This document shows positions 47,986 to 58,409 of a stretch of DNA of 64,000 nucleotides, piece by piece. The DNA lies in IMG/VR virus record IMGVR_UViG_3300002835_000001, positions 64,001 through 128,000 of that record, one strand, 5' to 3'. The notes under the pieces are model-generated. The model saw only the letters and a list, made by a program, of their open reading frames with translations. It was not told where the DNA came from and ran no database searches. Numbering within the stretch: position 1 is the first letter of the stretch; every line of letters starts with the position of its first letter. This DNA is from a virus (Duplodnaviria; Caudoviricetes). The translations under genes and the position numbers were made by a program.

Positions 47986-48237
47986 TTAGTGATGTGTTTC
48001 TTCTTTAAGCCATGTTGGCGTGTTTAATATTTCAATAATTTCATTATGTGTATATGGTCCTTGTTTTGTTGTTAAATTAGAAACGCTAAGTGGCATTTCA
48101 TCTGAATCATATTTCACAAAAGTTAATGTTTCGTCAACTGATTTTCTAACGGTACCAGATGACGTTTCTTGAACTTCGTTGAAATCAATTTTATCTAATT
48201 CACTTACATCAAAAATTATATATTTTCTATTTTCCAT
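47986..48237 (-). CDS. Small phage protein (83 aa; start revised to MENRKYIIF)
   Basis: ATG at 48237 follows the upstream stop at 48239; the longer track ORF overlaps the fibre gene. Confidence 0.55.
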   Translation of the reverse strand: MENRKYIIFDVSELDKIDFNEVQETSSGTVRKSVDETLTFVKYDSDEMPLSVSNLTTKQGPYTHNEIIEILNTPTWLKEETHH

Positions 48238-48238
48238 A

Positions 48239-50905
48239 TTACGATTTTTTTGGTGTTGCAGTTGACGGATCTTCTTCCTGTAAAACAAAAGAGTAAACTT
48301 TATTATTTTTATTATTATATAAATATAATTTTTCTTCACCCTCAACAATTGTGTAATCACCAATACCATTACTTAAACTTAAGTCAGATGTATAGACAGT
48401 ACCCCAACGTAATGATGACGTTCCTAAGTCTTGTGTTCCATTTGCTGCCGGCCGAACCGTTCCGACAGATGTTATTCGTAATCTTTCAGCTGGTGAACCA
48501 CCATTTATTCTTGTACCAAATGATAGATATGATGCATAATCTCCACCGGTTGAGTTTTCTTTACCTCCTTTAATGTAGGAGAATGTGTTAATAATTGAAC
48601 TAGTTCCGCTAAAATATCCAGCAAATGAAATACCTCCACCAGTTCCAGTTGTTGCGGATGTGGTGTCAAATACTCTTATTGTGGTTGTTACGTCTCCTTG
48701 ACTTACATTAGGACCATCAACCGCAAGTCTGAATCCTTGGGTGTCGGTAGTTCCAAGACCTAGGTTAGCAGACTCATTTAAGGTCATTGCAGTTGTAAAG
48801 TTGATGGCATTACCTGTAGTTCCTGATGGGGCTTGTTGCCAAAGAAATGCACCTGTATTTTCTAAATAAAATCTTGAAGCTGCAGCAGTGTTAATATATA
48901 TATTGTTGCTACCATTAAAATAAGTGTTGTTACCAAAAAGTGCATTGTTAAATCCATCATTATAAACAGACATTCTTGCACCTATTTGAATTACCTTTGA
49001 ACTTTCGCCCCATGAACTAGGTGTGACACCTACACCAACGTTACTTGTTGTTACTAATGATCCAGTTACAGTTGTGTTTCCATTAACATCTAATTGTGAG
49101 TTTGGGGTATTTTTATTTATACCAACAAATGTACTATTACCATCAATTACAATATGATTTTTAGTAAAGTCATTTGAAACAATATATGTTTTACCATCTT
49201 GACCTTGGCCAAAATATGAACTCATTGTTGATCCTGAGTTTACGGCATTTCTAACTCTTATAAAGTTTCTTGTTCCTGATGTATAATCTCCATTCCAAAA
49301 TTCACCCATCACATTCTGTGTTGAAACAGAACTTGTATATATATTTAATTGTGTTGAGGAAGGACTATTAATTGATATGTTACCTGTTGTTGATATACTA
49401 CCAGTAAGTATTGTATCACCATTATTCTTTAATTTTAAATTTGTTAAACCAGCACTATTTTTAAAATTAAGGTCAACATTAGAATCAATACTTATTTCAG
49501 GGTTACCAGATGCCCCCGAAGTATCGAATATGATTCCTTTGTCTACACCTACTAATACGCTACCTGTAATTGATAAACTACCACTAATTCCAATTCCACC
49601 TCCAGTTTCGCTTATAATACTATCACCAACATGTTCATTACCCGTACCTTTTAATATCCGATTATTCGTAGGGTAACTTTCGTTACCAACGTTGTTGTAG
49701 GTCTGTGGACCCATTAACGCCACGGATGAGGTTATGTTGGTACCATCACCTCTATGTATAAAAATAAATTCGTCCTGCACCGCATCATATAAAAAAGAAC
49801 CAGAACCACCAATTGATCCGCTATCAAATACGCTCAAACCAGCAAATCTAATTGCAGGATTTGCGGTGTTTAAGTTTACAATGTTTGCACCAATGTTAAC
49901 CGCAGATGCTGTTATATTTTGTAAAGACGAACTACCTTGTACAACTAAATCAGAACTAATATATAAACTACCAGTAATTGTTTGTATACCTACAAAGTTA
50001 TTACTTCCTGTTGTTGCATAGCTACCTGTTTTAAATTCAATTGAATCTACCCGATTTTTTATTCCTAATGTTGTTGTTGTAATTGAACTAGATAATGTAT
50101 TAATTGAATTTGATATCGATGAACTAAATGTTGAATATCCCGTTGTTCCTGTTATATCGATTTGTGATGAACCTGAGGCAATCCCAACTGGTTTATTTGC
50201 AATATTATCCCAAGTTGTTTGGGTAATACTACCACTTAACACATAACGAGAATCGTAACTACTTGTTAATTGTGATGAACCTGAAATAATTCCACTAGGG
50301 ACGTTACTTAATCCAGTATATGATATTTGTGAAGAACCTGATACCAATGGTGTAACCGTTGATACGATACTACCAGTTACTACAATGCCATTACCAAAAT
50401 GAATTGCATTTCCGTCTGATGATAAAATTCTATTTCCGGCATATATTTGTGTGCTACCTTTTAATGCAATAATTCCCGTTGTTGGGTCTAAAATAACGTC
50501 TCCACCACCTGAAGTTGCAAGTGTAATATTACCATCATTACTTTGTAATGTAATTGTATCCGAACCCGCTTCTAATATTTTAAATGATTGTCCAACATCT
50601 GTTGTAATCTGTAATTCTTGTGATGTACTACCTAAAACTTTTGTACCATCAATGTATAGTGAACCTGAGGATATATAAACGTGTCTAAATTGTTGAGTTG
50701 AGCTACCTAAGTCATACGTGTTGTTAACGGCAGGTAATATTGAACCACTTATTGTTTGTGTTCCTTTAAATAAATTACTACCTGTTGTTGCGGTTGAACC
50801 AGTTAAACCATTAAATGATGCTGTTGTTGCAAACACATTTAAATCGGTAATTGTGGTTCCGTTTAAACTTAAACTACTGGTGAGTTGAGGTCCGTCTATT
50901 CTCAT
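48239..50905 (-). CDS. Tail fibre-like protein (888 aa)
   Basis: Shared modules; C-terminus LGTSSLRWGTVYTSDLSLSNGIGDYTIVEG, paralogous to the 1450-aa fibre. Confidence 0.7.
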   Translation of the reverse strand: MRIDGPQLTSSLSLNGTTITDLNVFATTASFNGLTGSTATTGSNLFKGTQTISGSILPAVNNTYDLGSSTQQFRHVYISSGSLYIDGTKVLGSTSQELQITTDVGQSFKILEAGSDTITLQSNDGNITLATSGGGDVILDPTTGIIALKGSTQIYAGNRILSSDGNAIHFGNGIVVTGSIVSTVTPLVSGSSQISYTGLSNVPSGIISGSSQLTSSYDSRYVLSGSITQTTWDNIANKPVGIASGSSQIDITGTTGYSTFSSSISNSINTLSSSITTTTLGIKNRVDSIEFKTGSYATTGSNNFVGIQTITGSLYISSDLVVQGSSSLQNITASAVNIGANIVNLNTANPAIRFAGLSVFDSGSIGGSGSFLYDAVQDEFIFIHRGDGTNITSSVALMGPQTYNNVGNESYPTNNRILKGTGNEHVGDSIISETGGGIGISGSLSITGSVLVGVDKGIIFDTSGASGNPEISIDSNVDLNFKNSAGLTNLKLKNNGDTILTGSISTTGNISINSPSSTQLNIYTSSVSTQNVMGEFWNGDYTSGTRNFIRVRNAVNSGSTMSSYFGQGQDGKTYIVSNDFTKNHIVIDGNSTFVGINKNTPNSQLDVNGNTTVTGSLVTTSNVGVGVTPSSWGESSKVIQIGARMSVYNDGFNNALFGNNTYFNGSNNIYINTAAASRFYLENTGAFLWQQAPSGTTGNAINFTTAMTLNESANLGLGTTDTQGFRLAVDGPNVSQGDVTTTIRVFDTTSATTGTGGGISFAGYFSGTSSIINTFSYIKGGKENSTGGDYASYLSFGTRINGGSPAERLRITSVGTVRPAANGTQDLGTSSLRWGTVYTSDLSLSNGIGDYTIVEGEEKLYLYNNKNNKVYSFVLQEEDPSTATPKKS

Positions 50906-53900
50906 TTCTTCTTCTTTTTATTTTCTAATTTTGTAACCTTATCGTTCAACTCTTTAATTGCTTCAATTAATATTGCAGTCACTTTAGAGTAGTCTAATAG
51001 TTTTATTTTTTCTTCTTTATTTGATAAAACAATATTTCTATGTGATATCAATTCTGGTTGTACTTCATATACCTCATCGGCAACCATACCGATTTGTCTT
51101 GTTCTATCTTCACTATATTCTTCTAACCAATCAAATGTATAACCATTTAATTTTTCAATTTTATCTAATGCATTTTCAATTCTAACAAGATTTGTTTTTA
51201 ATTTTCTATCGGATGTTGTGTTAAAATTCGCAGCATCTACATCACCTGTTACAACTAATGAACCTGTAATTCCAATGTTAGTTGTTGCGTTATAATACGA
51301 ACCTGTCTCAACAAATAAACCTGTACTTCTTGCTCCACCAGTTGTTAATATTGCTTTACCTGCAGTTGGAGTTGCAAAATCAATTTGCATTGTATTTTCG
51401 GATACTGCAGTAATTGTTTGTGGTATTAATATTTGATTAGACGAATCATATATATCAACATTTGGGTACTGATATCCTAAATAATGACTGATAACCCACG
51501 ACCCTGTTGCGGAAGAATTTGTATATAAGAATCTATTACCATAAAAATCATTTGAACTTGTTGTTGCAAATCCTAAATTAATAATTTGTACCGATCCCGA
51601 AATAATACCAGGTGGTTTTGATGCAATATTATCCCAAGTTGTTTGTGTAATTGAACCGCTAAGAACATAACGTGTGTCATATGAACCTGTTAATTGTGAG
51701 CTACCTGAAACTATATCTGACGGTATTCCTGTTAATCCAGAATAAATAATTTGTGATGAACCCGAAACAACTCCACTTGGGAGTTGAGCAGAGCCTGACC
51801 ACACACCGCTACCATTTAATACTTGTGAACTTCCACTAACAATACCTGAAGGTATTCCTGTTAAACCACTATATGATATTTGACTACTTCCTGAAACTAA
51901 AGGTGTTGTTGTTGATACAATACTACCTGATATAAGAACTGAACCCGTAAATTGGTGTGTATCATCTAAACTATCTCCGAATTTTGTCGAACCTGATGAG
52001 AATGATGTAGTTAAATAAGTTACTGATGATGAGACGATAAATTGTTGTGCAATTAAATTACCTTGAACAGTTAAATCTCCCGTTATATTACCACTACCAC
52101 TTACATTTAATGAACCAGATATTTCAGTTTTAGTATTAATTCTTAAACCATCGGTGCTCGATATTGATGCGGTAGCCGAACCTGTTGCAATTTGTGATAA
52201 ATTTAAACCTGTTATACCACTTGCCGGTATGTCATATAAACCAGCCCCACTACCTGTGAATGAACCTGTTATAAATCCAGCAGCATATATGTTTGTTAAT
52301 CTAAGTTCCCTATAAGAACCAACCATTTCAACACCACCATATCCTGGATTAAGAACGATTGCACCATTAGAGTTAAGATATGTTTGTGAAAATATATTAC
52401 CTTGTATACTAAAGTTTGTTGCGGAATCACTTAAATTAAATGTTCCACTAATAAATTCAGATCCCGTTATATAAACGGAACCACTAATTGTTTGATTACC
52501 AATGAACACATTTGAACCGGTAGTTGCATAACTTCCTGTTTTAGATTCAATTGAATCAACCCTATTTTTTGTACCAAGAGTTGTTGTTGCAATCGATGAA
52601 CTTAAAGAACCAATACTTGTAGATACACTAGAACTAAAAGTTGAAAACCCTGTTGTTCCTGTTAACTCTACTTGAACCGAACCAGATATAACATTTTCAC
52701 TATCTAATTTACTTTTAATTGTTGTGTTAATAGAACCAGTGAAAGAATTTAATGATGAAATAGAACCAGTTATACCTTCAATAGAATCAACCCGATTTTT
52801 TAAATTAAGTGTTGTTGTTGCAACACTAGAACTTAATGAATTAATACTAGAACTTAATCCTGATGTTGTAGTTGCAACTGAAGAAGATAGTAAACCCATA
52901 CTTGAACTTACTGAACTACTAAATGTTGAATATCCTGTTGTTCCTGTAATATCAATTTGTGAACTTCCAGAAATCAATGTTGGTCGATTAACTAAACCAA
53001 AATAATCGAATGCTCCTGTTATCGAATTCGCAACTAAATCTCCGGCAACTGTTATTGTTGTTCCTGTTTCTGAAATAATTGATACATCGATATGATCCCC
53101 ACCTACTGACTTAACAATTCTACCATTAATTAAATTAGGCTCATCACCTAATGAACCTGTATTTCTTGGACCAGCAAGTAACATACCTCCTGAGTAATTA
53201 CTACCACTTACATTTTGATAAACCCAATGGTTATGTAAACTATCCCAAGCTAAAGATGCGGTACCGCTTGCACTACCACTATCATATACTTTTAATCCAC
53301 CGAATCTTTCTGCTGGTTCAAATACGTTAACAGATATAAATGAAGTTGCAACATTAAGTTGTGATGATGTTACGTATGAAATTGATGATGAACCAAGTAC
53401 CGTTAAGTTTTGTGTGATTACAACTGAACCTGTAATTTCAGTATTGGTATTGATTCTCAATCCGTTATTTGGTGATATAGATGCGGTTGCACTTCCACTT
53501 GCGATTCGTGATAAATTTAATCCTGTAATTCCGCTTGATGGAATATTATATAGTTGACTACCATCTCCCGTAAATGAACCTGTAAATGAACCTGTATTAT
53601 AAGATGATGTGAATGTATTAAAATTAGTCCGTATACTTCCACTTTCAGTTTCAAGTGAATCTAATCTACCATTTTGTGTATTATTAATCGACGCAACACT
53701 TGAACTTAAACTTCCGATTGAACTAGATATTGAACTACTTAAATTATTAGTAGTTGTTGCAACACTAGAACTTAAAGAATCAATTGAACTTGATAATGAA
53801 GAACTTAAACTTGTTATTGTACTTGTTAATCCACTTGTTGTTGTTGCAATAGAGGAACTCAATGAACCTATACTTGTAGATATACTTGAACTAAATGTTG

Positions 53901-55824
53901 AATATCCTGTCGTCCCTGTTAATAAAACTTGGATACTTCCAGATATAACACCATCACTATCTAATTTAGATTTTATTGTTGTATTAATAGAACTAGTAAA
54001 ACTATTTAAACTTCCTGTACTATTCTCAATATTATCTAACCTTGTATTTTGATTACTGTCTGTTGTGGCAATTGAGGAAGATAAACTTCCGATTGAACTA
54101 GATATTGAACTACTTAAATTATTAGTAGTTGTTACCACCGAACTTGATAAACTTAAAATACTAGAACTTAGTACTAATGTTGTTGTTGCAACAGATGAAC
54201 TTAAAGAACCTATTGATGAACTTATTGAACCGCTAAATGTTGAATATCCTGTGGTTCCTGTGATTAGTATTTGACTACTACCGCTTACAATATTAGAACC
54301 CACATAATCAATACTACCAGCACTTACCGATCCGCTAATTATATGTCCACCTTTTGCAACATTAACATAACCAGCAACAGGTGTTGAGAAATATATTCTA
54401 ATGTTATTAGTATCTATTGATTCTATTTTTTGTGGAAATATAATACTTCTATTTGTATCCCAAATAGTTACAATTGGATAATCTGAATTTAAATTATGTT
54501 CTAATGACCAAATGTCGCTTGATGAAAAATATTGAGATAGTCCACCCGGTCCTGTACCCAACGATGCAATTACTTTACCTGTTTGATTACTAGGAAATGT
54601 TATTGTTGCATTGTTAATATCTATTGTTGTGATTTGTGATGGTAATATAACACTACCATTAGAATCAAACACTTGAAATATTGGATATCTTTGACCTAAA
54701 TTATGTTTAAATGACCATGTTGTTGCAGGTGTTGTTTGATTTAACACCGCATATGCACCATCTGTAACTGAAGTAGTTCCACCACCCGCACCAGCATTTA
54801 ATGCAAATGCTGCGGTTAACGCATATGATGCACTTAACACATTCATCGAAGATGTTTGTGATGTTAATACAACACTTGATGTAAATGTATTAAGAGAATT
54901 AACCGAACTAGATAATGTTGTAATGGAACCTGTAATAGTATCCATTCTATTATTTAAAGATGATGATAATGTTGTTGTGCTAATGTTTAATTCTTTAACA
55001 TAACCATTACCATTTGTGTCCGTAATTGATGTTGTAATTTCAACACCTCCTGTTGGTATAATTTCAAACGCATCTGAACCTGTTGCACTTAATATTGGTG
55101 AACCCGAAACAAAAATATCTTTAAAATGGGAACCAATTGATACAAACGCAGTGCCTGGTACTGACTCACTAACATTTAAACCAGTACTATCATCAAATTG
55201 TAATTTTGTAAATTGTTTGTTATATGTGTTACCCTCAACATCTGAACCTGAAATTTGAAATGGAACATTTATTAATCCAAGTGCACTACCACTAAATGCA
55301 GATGCACTTACCGAACCTGATGATAGTATATTAAAACTAGTAAATATACCTCCATTTGGTACTACTAAGTTAGAAGATTCAATTCTAACATTAGAACCAC
55401 TTAAAGGTGCAATTCTATTAACACTTAATAAACCATCTATTATAACTGAACCTGTAATTTCAGTCTTAGTGTTAATTCTTAATCCATCTGTTTGTGAAAT
55501 TGATGCAGTTGCACTTCCATCCACAATTTTGTTTAATTCTAATCCAGTAACACCACTTGATGGTATATTATATAATTGACTACCATCACCTTTAAATGAA
55601 CCTGAAAAATTTGATGCTGTTACATTTCCTGTGATGAAAATTGAACCTGTATTAACCGTGTTTGTTGAGATTAATTCCTCAACTGATGGTCCGAGAGAAC
55701 CTGAAACCGCCATGTAAACTTTACCGTCGGTAGTGTTTAATGCCAATTCACCTAATTGTAGGTTTGAGTTTGTTGGTTTTTGACCTGATACACTACTCCT
55801 ACGCAGTTTTACTATTTGTGCCAT
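50902..55824 (-). CDS. Long tail fibre (1640 aa) with an Mtd-N-like N-terminus and a C-terminal peptidase S74 intramolecular chaperone
   Basis: MAQIVKLRRS...GELALNTTDGKVY; TSDRKLKTN...ALDKIEKLNGYTFDW...IGMVADEV...PELI...LDYSKVTAILIEAIKEL. Confidence 0.82.
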   Translation of the reverse strand: MAQIVKLRRSSVSGQKPTNSNLQLGELALNTTDGKVYMAVSGSLGPSVEELISTNTVNTGSIFITGNVTASNFSGSFKGDGSQLYNIPSSGVTGLELNKIVDGSATASISQTDGLRINTKTEITGSVIIDGLLSVNRIAPLSGSNVRIESSNLVVPNGGIFTSFNILSSGSVSASAFSGSALGLINVPFQISGSDVEGNTYNKQFTKLQFDDSTGLNVSESVPGTAFVSIGSHFKDIFVSGSPILSATGSDAFEIIPTGGVEITTSITDTNGNGYVKELNISTTTLSSSLNNRMDTITGSITTLSSSVNSLNTFTSSVVLTSQTSSMNVLSASYALTAAFALNAGAGGGTTSVTDGAYAVLNQTTPATTWSFKHNLGQRYPIFQVFDSNGSVILPSQITTIDINNATITFPSNQTGKVIASLGTGPGGLSQYFSSSDIWSLEHNLNSDYPIVTIWDTNRSIIFPQKIESIDTNNIRIYFSTPVAGYVNVAKGGHIISGSVSAGSIDYVGSNIVSGSSQILITGTTGYSTFSGSISSSIGSLSSSVATTTLVLSSSILSLSSSVVTTTNNLSSSISSSIGSLSSSIATTDSNQNTRLDNIENSTGSLNSFTSSINTTIKSKLDSDGVISGSIQVLLTGTTGYSTFSSSISTSIGSLSSSIATTTSGLTSTITSLSSSLSSSIDSLSSSVATTTNNLSSSISSSIGSLSSSVASINNTQNGRLDSLETESGSIRTNFNTFTSSYNTGSFTGSFTGDGSQLYNIPSSGITGLNLSRIASGSATASISPNNGLRINTNTEITGSVVITQNLTVLGSSSISYVTSSQLNVATSFISVNVFEPAERFGGLKVYDSGSASGTASLAWDSLHNHWVYQNVSGSNYSGGMLLAGPRNTGSLGDEPNLINGRIVKSVGGDHIDVSIISETGTTITVAGDLVANSITGAFDYFGLVNRPTLISGSSQIDITGTTGYSTFSSSVSSSMGLLSSSVATTTSGLSSSINSLSSSVATTTLNLKNRVDSIEGITGSISSLNSFTGSINTTIKSKLDSENVISGSVQVELTGTTGFSTFSSSVSTSIGSLSSSIATTTLGTKNRVDSIESKTGSYATTGSNVFIGNQTISGSVYITGSEFISGTFNLSDSATNFSIQGNIFSQTYLNSNGAIVLNPGYGGVEMVGSYRELRLTNIYAAGFITGSFTGSGAGLYDIPASGITGLNLSQIATGSATASISSTDGLRINTKTEISGSLNVSGSGNITGDLTVQGNLIAQQFIVSSSVTYLTTSFSSGSTKFGDSLDDTHQFTGSVLISGSIVSTTTPLVSGSSQISYSGLTGIPSGIVSGSSQVLNGSGVWSGSAQLPSGVVSGSSQIIYSGLTGIPSDIVSGSSQLTGSYDTRYVLSGSITQTTWDNIASKPPGIISGSVQIINLGFATTSSNDFYGNRFLYTNSSATGSWVISHYLGYQYPNVDIYDSSNQILIPQTITAVSENTMQIDFATPTAGKAILTTGGARSTGLFVETGSYYNATTNIGITGSLVVTGDVDAANFNTTSDRKLKTNLVRIENALDKIEKLNGYTFDWLEEYSEDRTRQIGMVADEVYEVQPELISHRNIVLSNKEEKIKLLDYSKVTAILIEAIKELNDKVTKLENKKKKK

Positions 55825-55849
55825 ATGTATGGTTCTCTCCTATGTGTTT

Positions 55850-55887
55850 GTGGTATATACCACGATTAATTATGACCTATATAGGTC
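55850..55887. promoter_or_regulatory. Two perfect 14-bp palindromes, GTGGTATATACCAC (55850-55863) and GACCTATATAGGTC (55874-55887)
   Basis: Read directly; they lie in the leader of the 1640-aa fibre gene. Confidence 0.6.
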
Positions 55888-55893
55888 TTAACT

Positions 55894-55901
55894 ATAAATA
55901 C
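55894..55901 (-). promoter_or_regulatory. Putative late-promoter motif GTATTTAT
   Basis: Just downstream of a terminator, about 70 nt upstream of the ATG at 55824. Confidence 0.5.
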
Positions 55902-55923
55902 ACAAAAATTAGGATTAAATAAA

Positions 55924-55957
55924 TAAAAAAAGGAGGTTTTTTAGACCTCCCTTTATT
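55924..55957 (-). terminator. Intrinsic terminator after the 811-aa gene
   Basis: Minus strand GGAGGT-ctaaaaa-ACCTCC followed by a T7 tract. Confidence 0.75.
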
Positions 55958-55973
55958 TTAATGTTTTTAAATT

Positions 55974-58409
55974 CTATGAATATGTACCTCCGTCGATTAC
56001 GGTTGAGAATTTAAGTGCTCCATCTGCATTTTTATATCCTAAAATTCCATCAAGAACATCTGTTGATTCCGTTGCTGAAACATAACCTAATACGTTAGAT
56101 GAGTTTCTAAATACAACCTGAGATGTCTTAGTTCCTGCGTCTGCACCTCCACCAGCACTAACCGTTACGTTACCCGCAATTAAAGTAGCACCATCTGATG
56201 CTGTTACTTGGAATTTATTGGTATTATAACTTAATGTTGTACCATTTTCTGTTAATAAACTATCACCAATTGTATTTGCTGAAGTTGCTTTTGGTATTGT
56301 TCCACTTGTTAAACTAACTTCAGAACCTTGTTCTCCGAATGTTGTACCAACAAATTTACTACCTGAATTATTTTGATTAGTTAATAACCAATAATCGTTT
56401 TGTGAATCCCATAACACCGATGAAGAAATACCTGATGAACCTGAATCCATTACTTCAAAACCAGCATATCTCAAGAAAGGAGAATAGGCGTTCATTCTAA
56501 TAATGTTGTCGTCGATTTCAACCGTTTGTGATTGGATAATAACATTTGTTGATGAACCCAAAACTTCCAAATTACCCGATACATATAAATTTGCTTGCAA
56601 TTGTGTATTTCCTGTTACTGTTAGTACACCGTTTACAGTTAAGTTACCATTGTTTGTTAAACCATTTGTGGTTAATGAACCTGAAGTTCTAACGTCTCCA
56701 TCATTTGTGTCAACTTCGAATTGACCGTTTCCGATTTTGAAAACAGTACCATTATAAGTAAATCCTGAACTATCAATTAATGAACCGCCAGCACCTACGG
56801 TTACAATTCTGTCTTGTGTTAAATCTTCAACGGTTGCGGACGCTAATGTTGCTTCACTATCAACATTAATTGTTGATTTAAATTGTGCAGAACCTGTAAC
56901 ATCTAAAGTTGAATTCATACCTACAGCCCCTCTTAATTCTGATGTAGAGTTTACTTGTAAGGTTGATTTTAAAGTTGCAGAACCTGTAACATCCAAACTT
57001 GAGTTCATACCTACAGCACCTTTAAGTTGTGATGTTGAATCAACCTGTAATGTTGATTTTAAAGTTGCTGAACCTGTTACATCCAAAGTTGAGTTAAGTC
57101 CTGTTGCACCTTTAACTTCTAATGTTGAATTTAGAGTTGATGAACCTGTAACATTTAATGAAGAACTAACAAATACACCGTTTACACCAACAAGTGTTGC
57201 TGTTTGTGCATAATCATCTATTTTTAAATAATTTGTGTCATCACCGAAGAAATTTAAATCTGCATTACCCACAAAGTGAATATCTGTATAACCTGAAGGT
57301 CCTGCACTATTATAAATTTCAAAAAGTCTTGAGTCATCTAAATCGGGTTTCAAATATAATGAACCTGTACCTTGAATATTTGTTACTTCAAGAGCACCAG
57401 ATAAATTTAAATTACCATTATCAAAAGTTAAACCACTATAATTTGTTAATAAACCTTGACTTCCAACAACAACCATTCTCTTTTCGGTCAATTGATCATT
57501 GTAAACTGAACCGCTAATTACTGTGATATCACCACCGTTACCTAAGAAAGTACTACCACTTACCGTTAAATCTTCTAAAACCCCTAAATCTGTAAAGTTT
57601 ACTTGATTTGCTTCTAATGTGTTAATGTATGCTGTACCACTTACGTGTAAATTTCTCCAATTTTGAGAAGAAGATCCTAAATCAAATGCGTTGTCCACAT
57701 CTGGTATGATTGAAGAACTAACATCTGCACCGAATGTAACTAAATCTGTTGTTTGGTCACCAATACTAATATTACCCTTTAAAACTATATTACCATCAAT
57801 CGTGGCATTTCCTGTTAAATTTAAATTAGAACCTGAAATATCTCCCGTCACTACTACTTTTCCACCGACACTCATATCAGTTGTTACTCTAACATTTGAC
57901 CCTGAAATTGTGGATCCTGTGATATTGGTAACATTTGCATTACTACCAGTTAAAGATGTGATATTACCATTTGTACTTGTAAATGTTGTTCCTGTTAAAT
58001 TAGAGAAATTACCGTTACTACCTGTAACACTCGTAATGTTAGCATTAATTCCCGTTAAAGAATTGATGGTTACACCTGAAATTGTATTTCCTTCAATATT
58101 ACCTGTTAGGTTAATACCACTATTACCACTTTTATCTAAAATGTATAAGGTTTTTGTATTTGTAGAATAGAAAGGTAATCCGTCCAATGTTGAACCGTGA
58201 GCTCCAACACTAATTTCCGGTGCCGCCGCTCCTTGATAAATTTTAGATACAGGTTTATATCCACCAGCAACTGCTGTGTCTCCAATGAACAATACAGGAG
58301 CGTTTAGATTTTCTATAGAACCTGTTCCCATTACCAATTCACCGACGTTTGCGGTTACGTCTTTTAGTGATAGTATCGAACCTCTTCTGTGTTTAATTAT
58401 TTGTGCCAT
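55974..58409 (-). CDS. Virion structural/fibre-like protein (811 aa) with repeated beta-solenoid-like units
   Basis: MAQIIKHRRGS...GEL N-terminus like the 1640-aa fibre; repeated LDVTGSATLKSTLQV units. Confidence 0.6.
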   Translation of the reverse strand: MAQIIKHRRGSILSLKDVTANVGELVMGTGSIENLNAPVLFIGDTAVAGGYKPVSKIYQGAAAPEISVGAHGSTLDGLPFYSTNTKTLYILDKSGNSGINLTGNIEGNTISGVTINSLTGINANITSVTGSNGNFSNLTGTTFTSTNGNITSLTGSNANVTNITGSTISGSNVRVTTDMSVGGKVVVTGDISGSNLNLTGNATIDGNIVLKGNISIGDQTTDLVTFGADVSSSIIPDVDNAFDLGSSSQNWRNLHVSGTAYINTLEANQVNFTDLGVLEDLTVSGSTFLGNGGDITVISGSVYNDQLTEKRMVVVGSQGLLTNYSGLTFDNGNLNLSGALEVTNIQGTGSLYLKPDLDDSRLFEIYNSAGPSGYTDIHFVGNADLNFFGDDTNYLKIDDYAQTATLVGVNGVFVSSSLNVTGSSTLNSTLEVKGATGLNSTLDVTGSATLKSTLQVDSTSQLKGAVGMNSSLDVTGSATLKSTLQVNSTSELRGAVGMNSTLDVTGSAQFKSTINVDSEATLASATVEDLTQDRIVTVGAGGSLIDSSGFTYNGTVFKIGNGQFEVDTNDGDVRTSGSLTTNGLTNNGNLTVNGVLTVTGNTQLQANLYVSGNLEVLGSSTNVIIQSQTVEIDDNIIRMNAYSPFLRYAGFEVMDSGSSGISSSVLWDSQNDYWLLTNQNNSGSKFVGTTFGEQGSEVSLTSGTIPKATSANTIGDSLLTENGTTLSYNTNKFQVTASDGATLIAGNVTVSAGGGADAGTKTSQVVFRNSSNVLGYVSATESTDVLDGILGYKNADGALKFSTVIDGGTYS

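Noticed and set aside
48238-48369. Track start for ORF 47986..48369 (and 62871 for the plus-strand gene)
   Set aside because: The extensions overlap neighbouring genes; downstream ATGs at 48237 and 62946 fit stop/start coupling better
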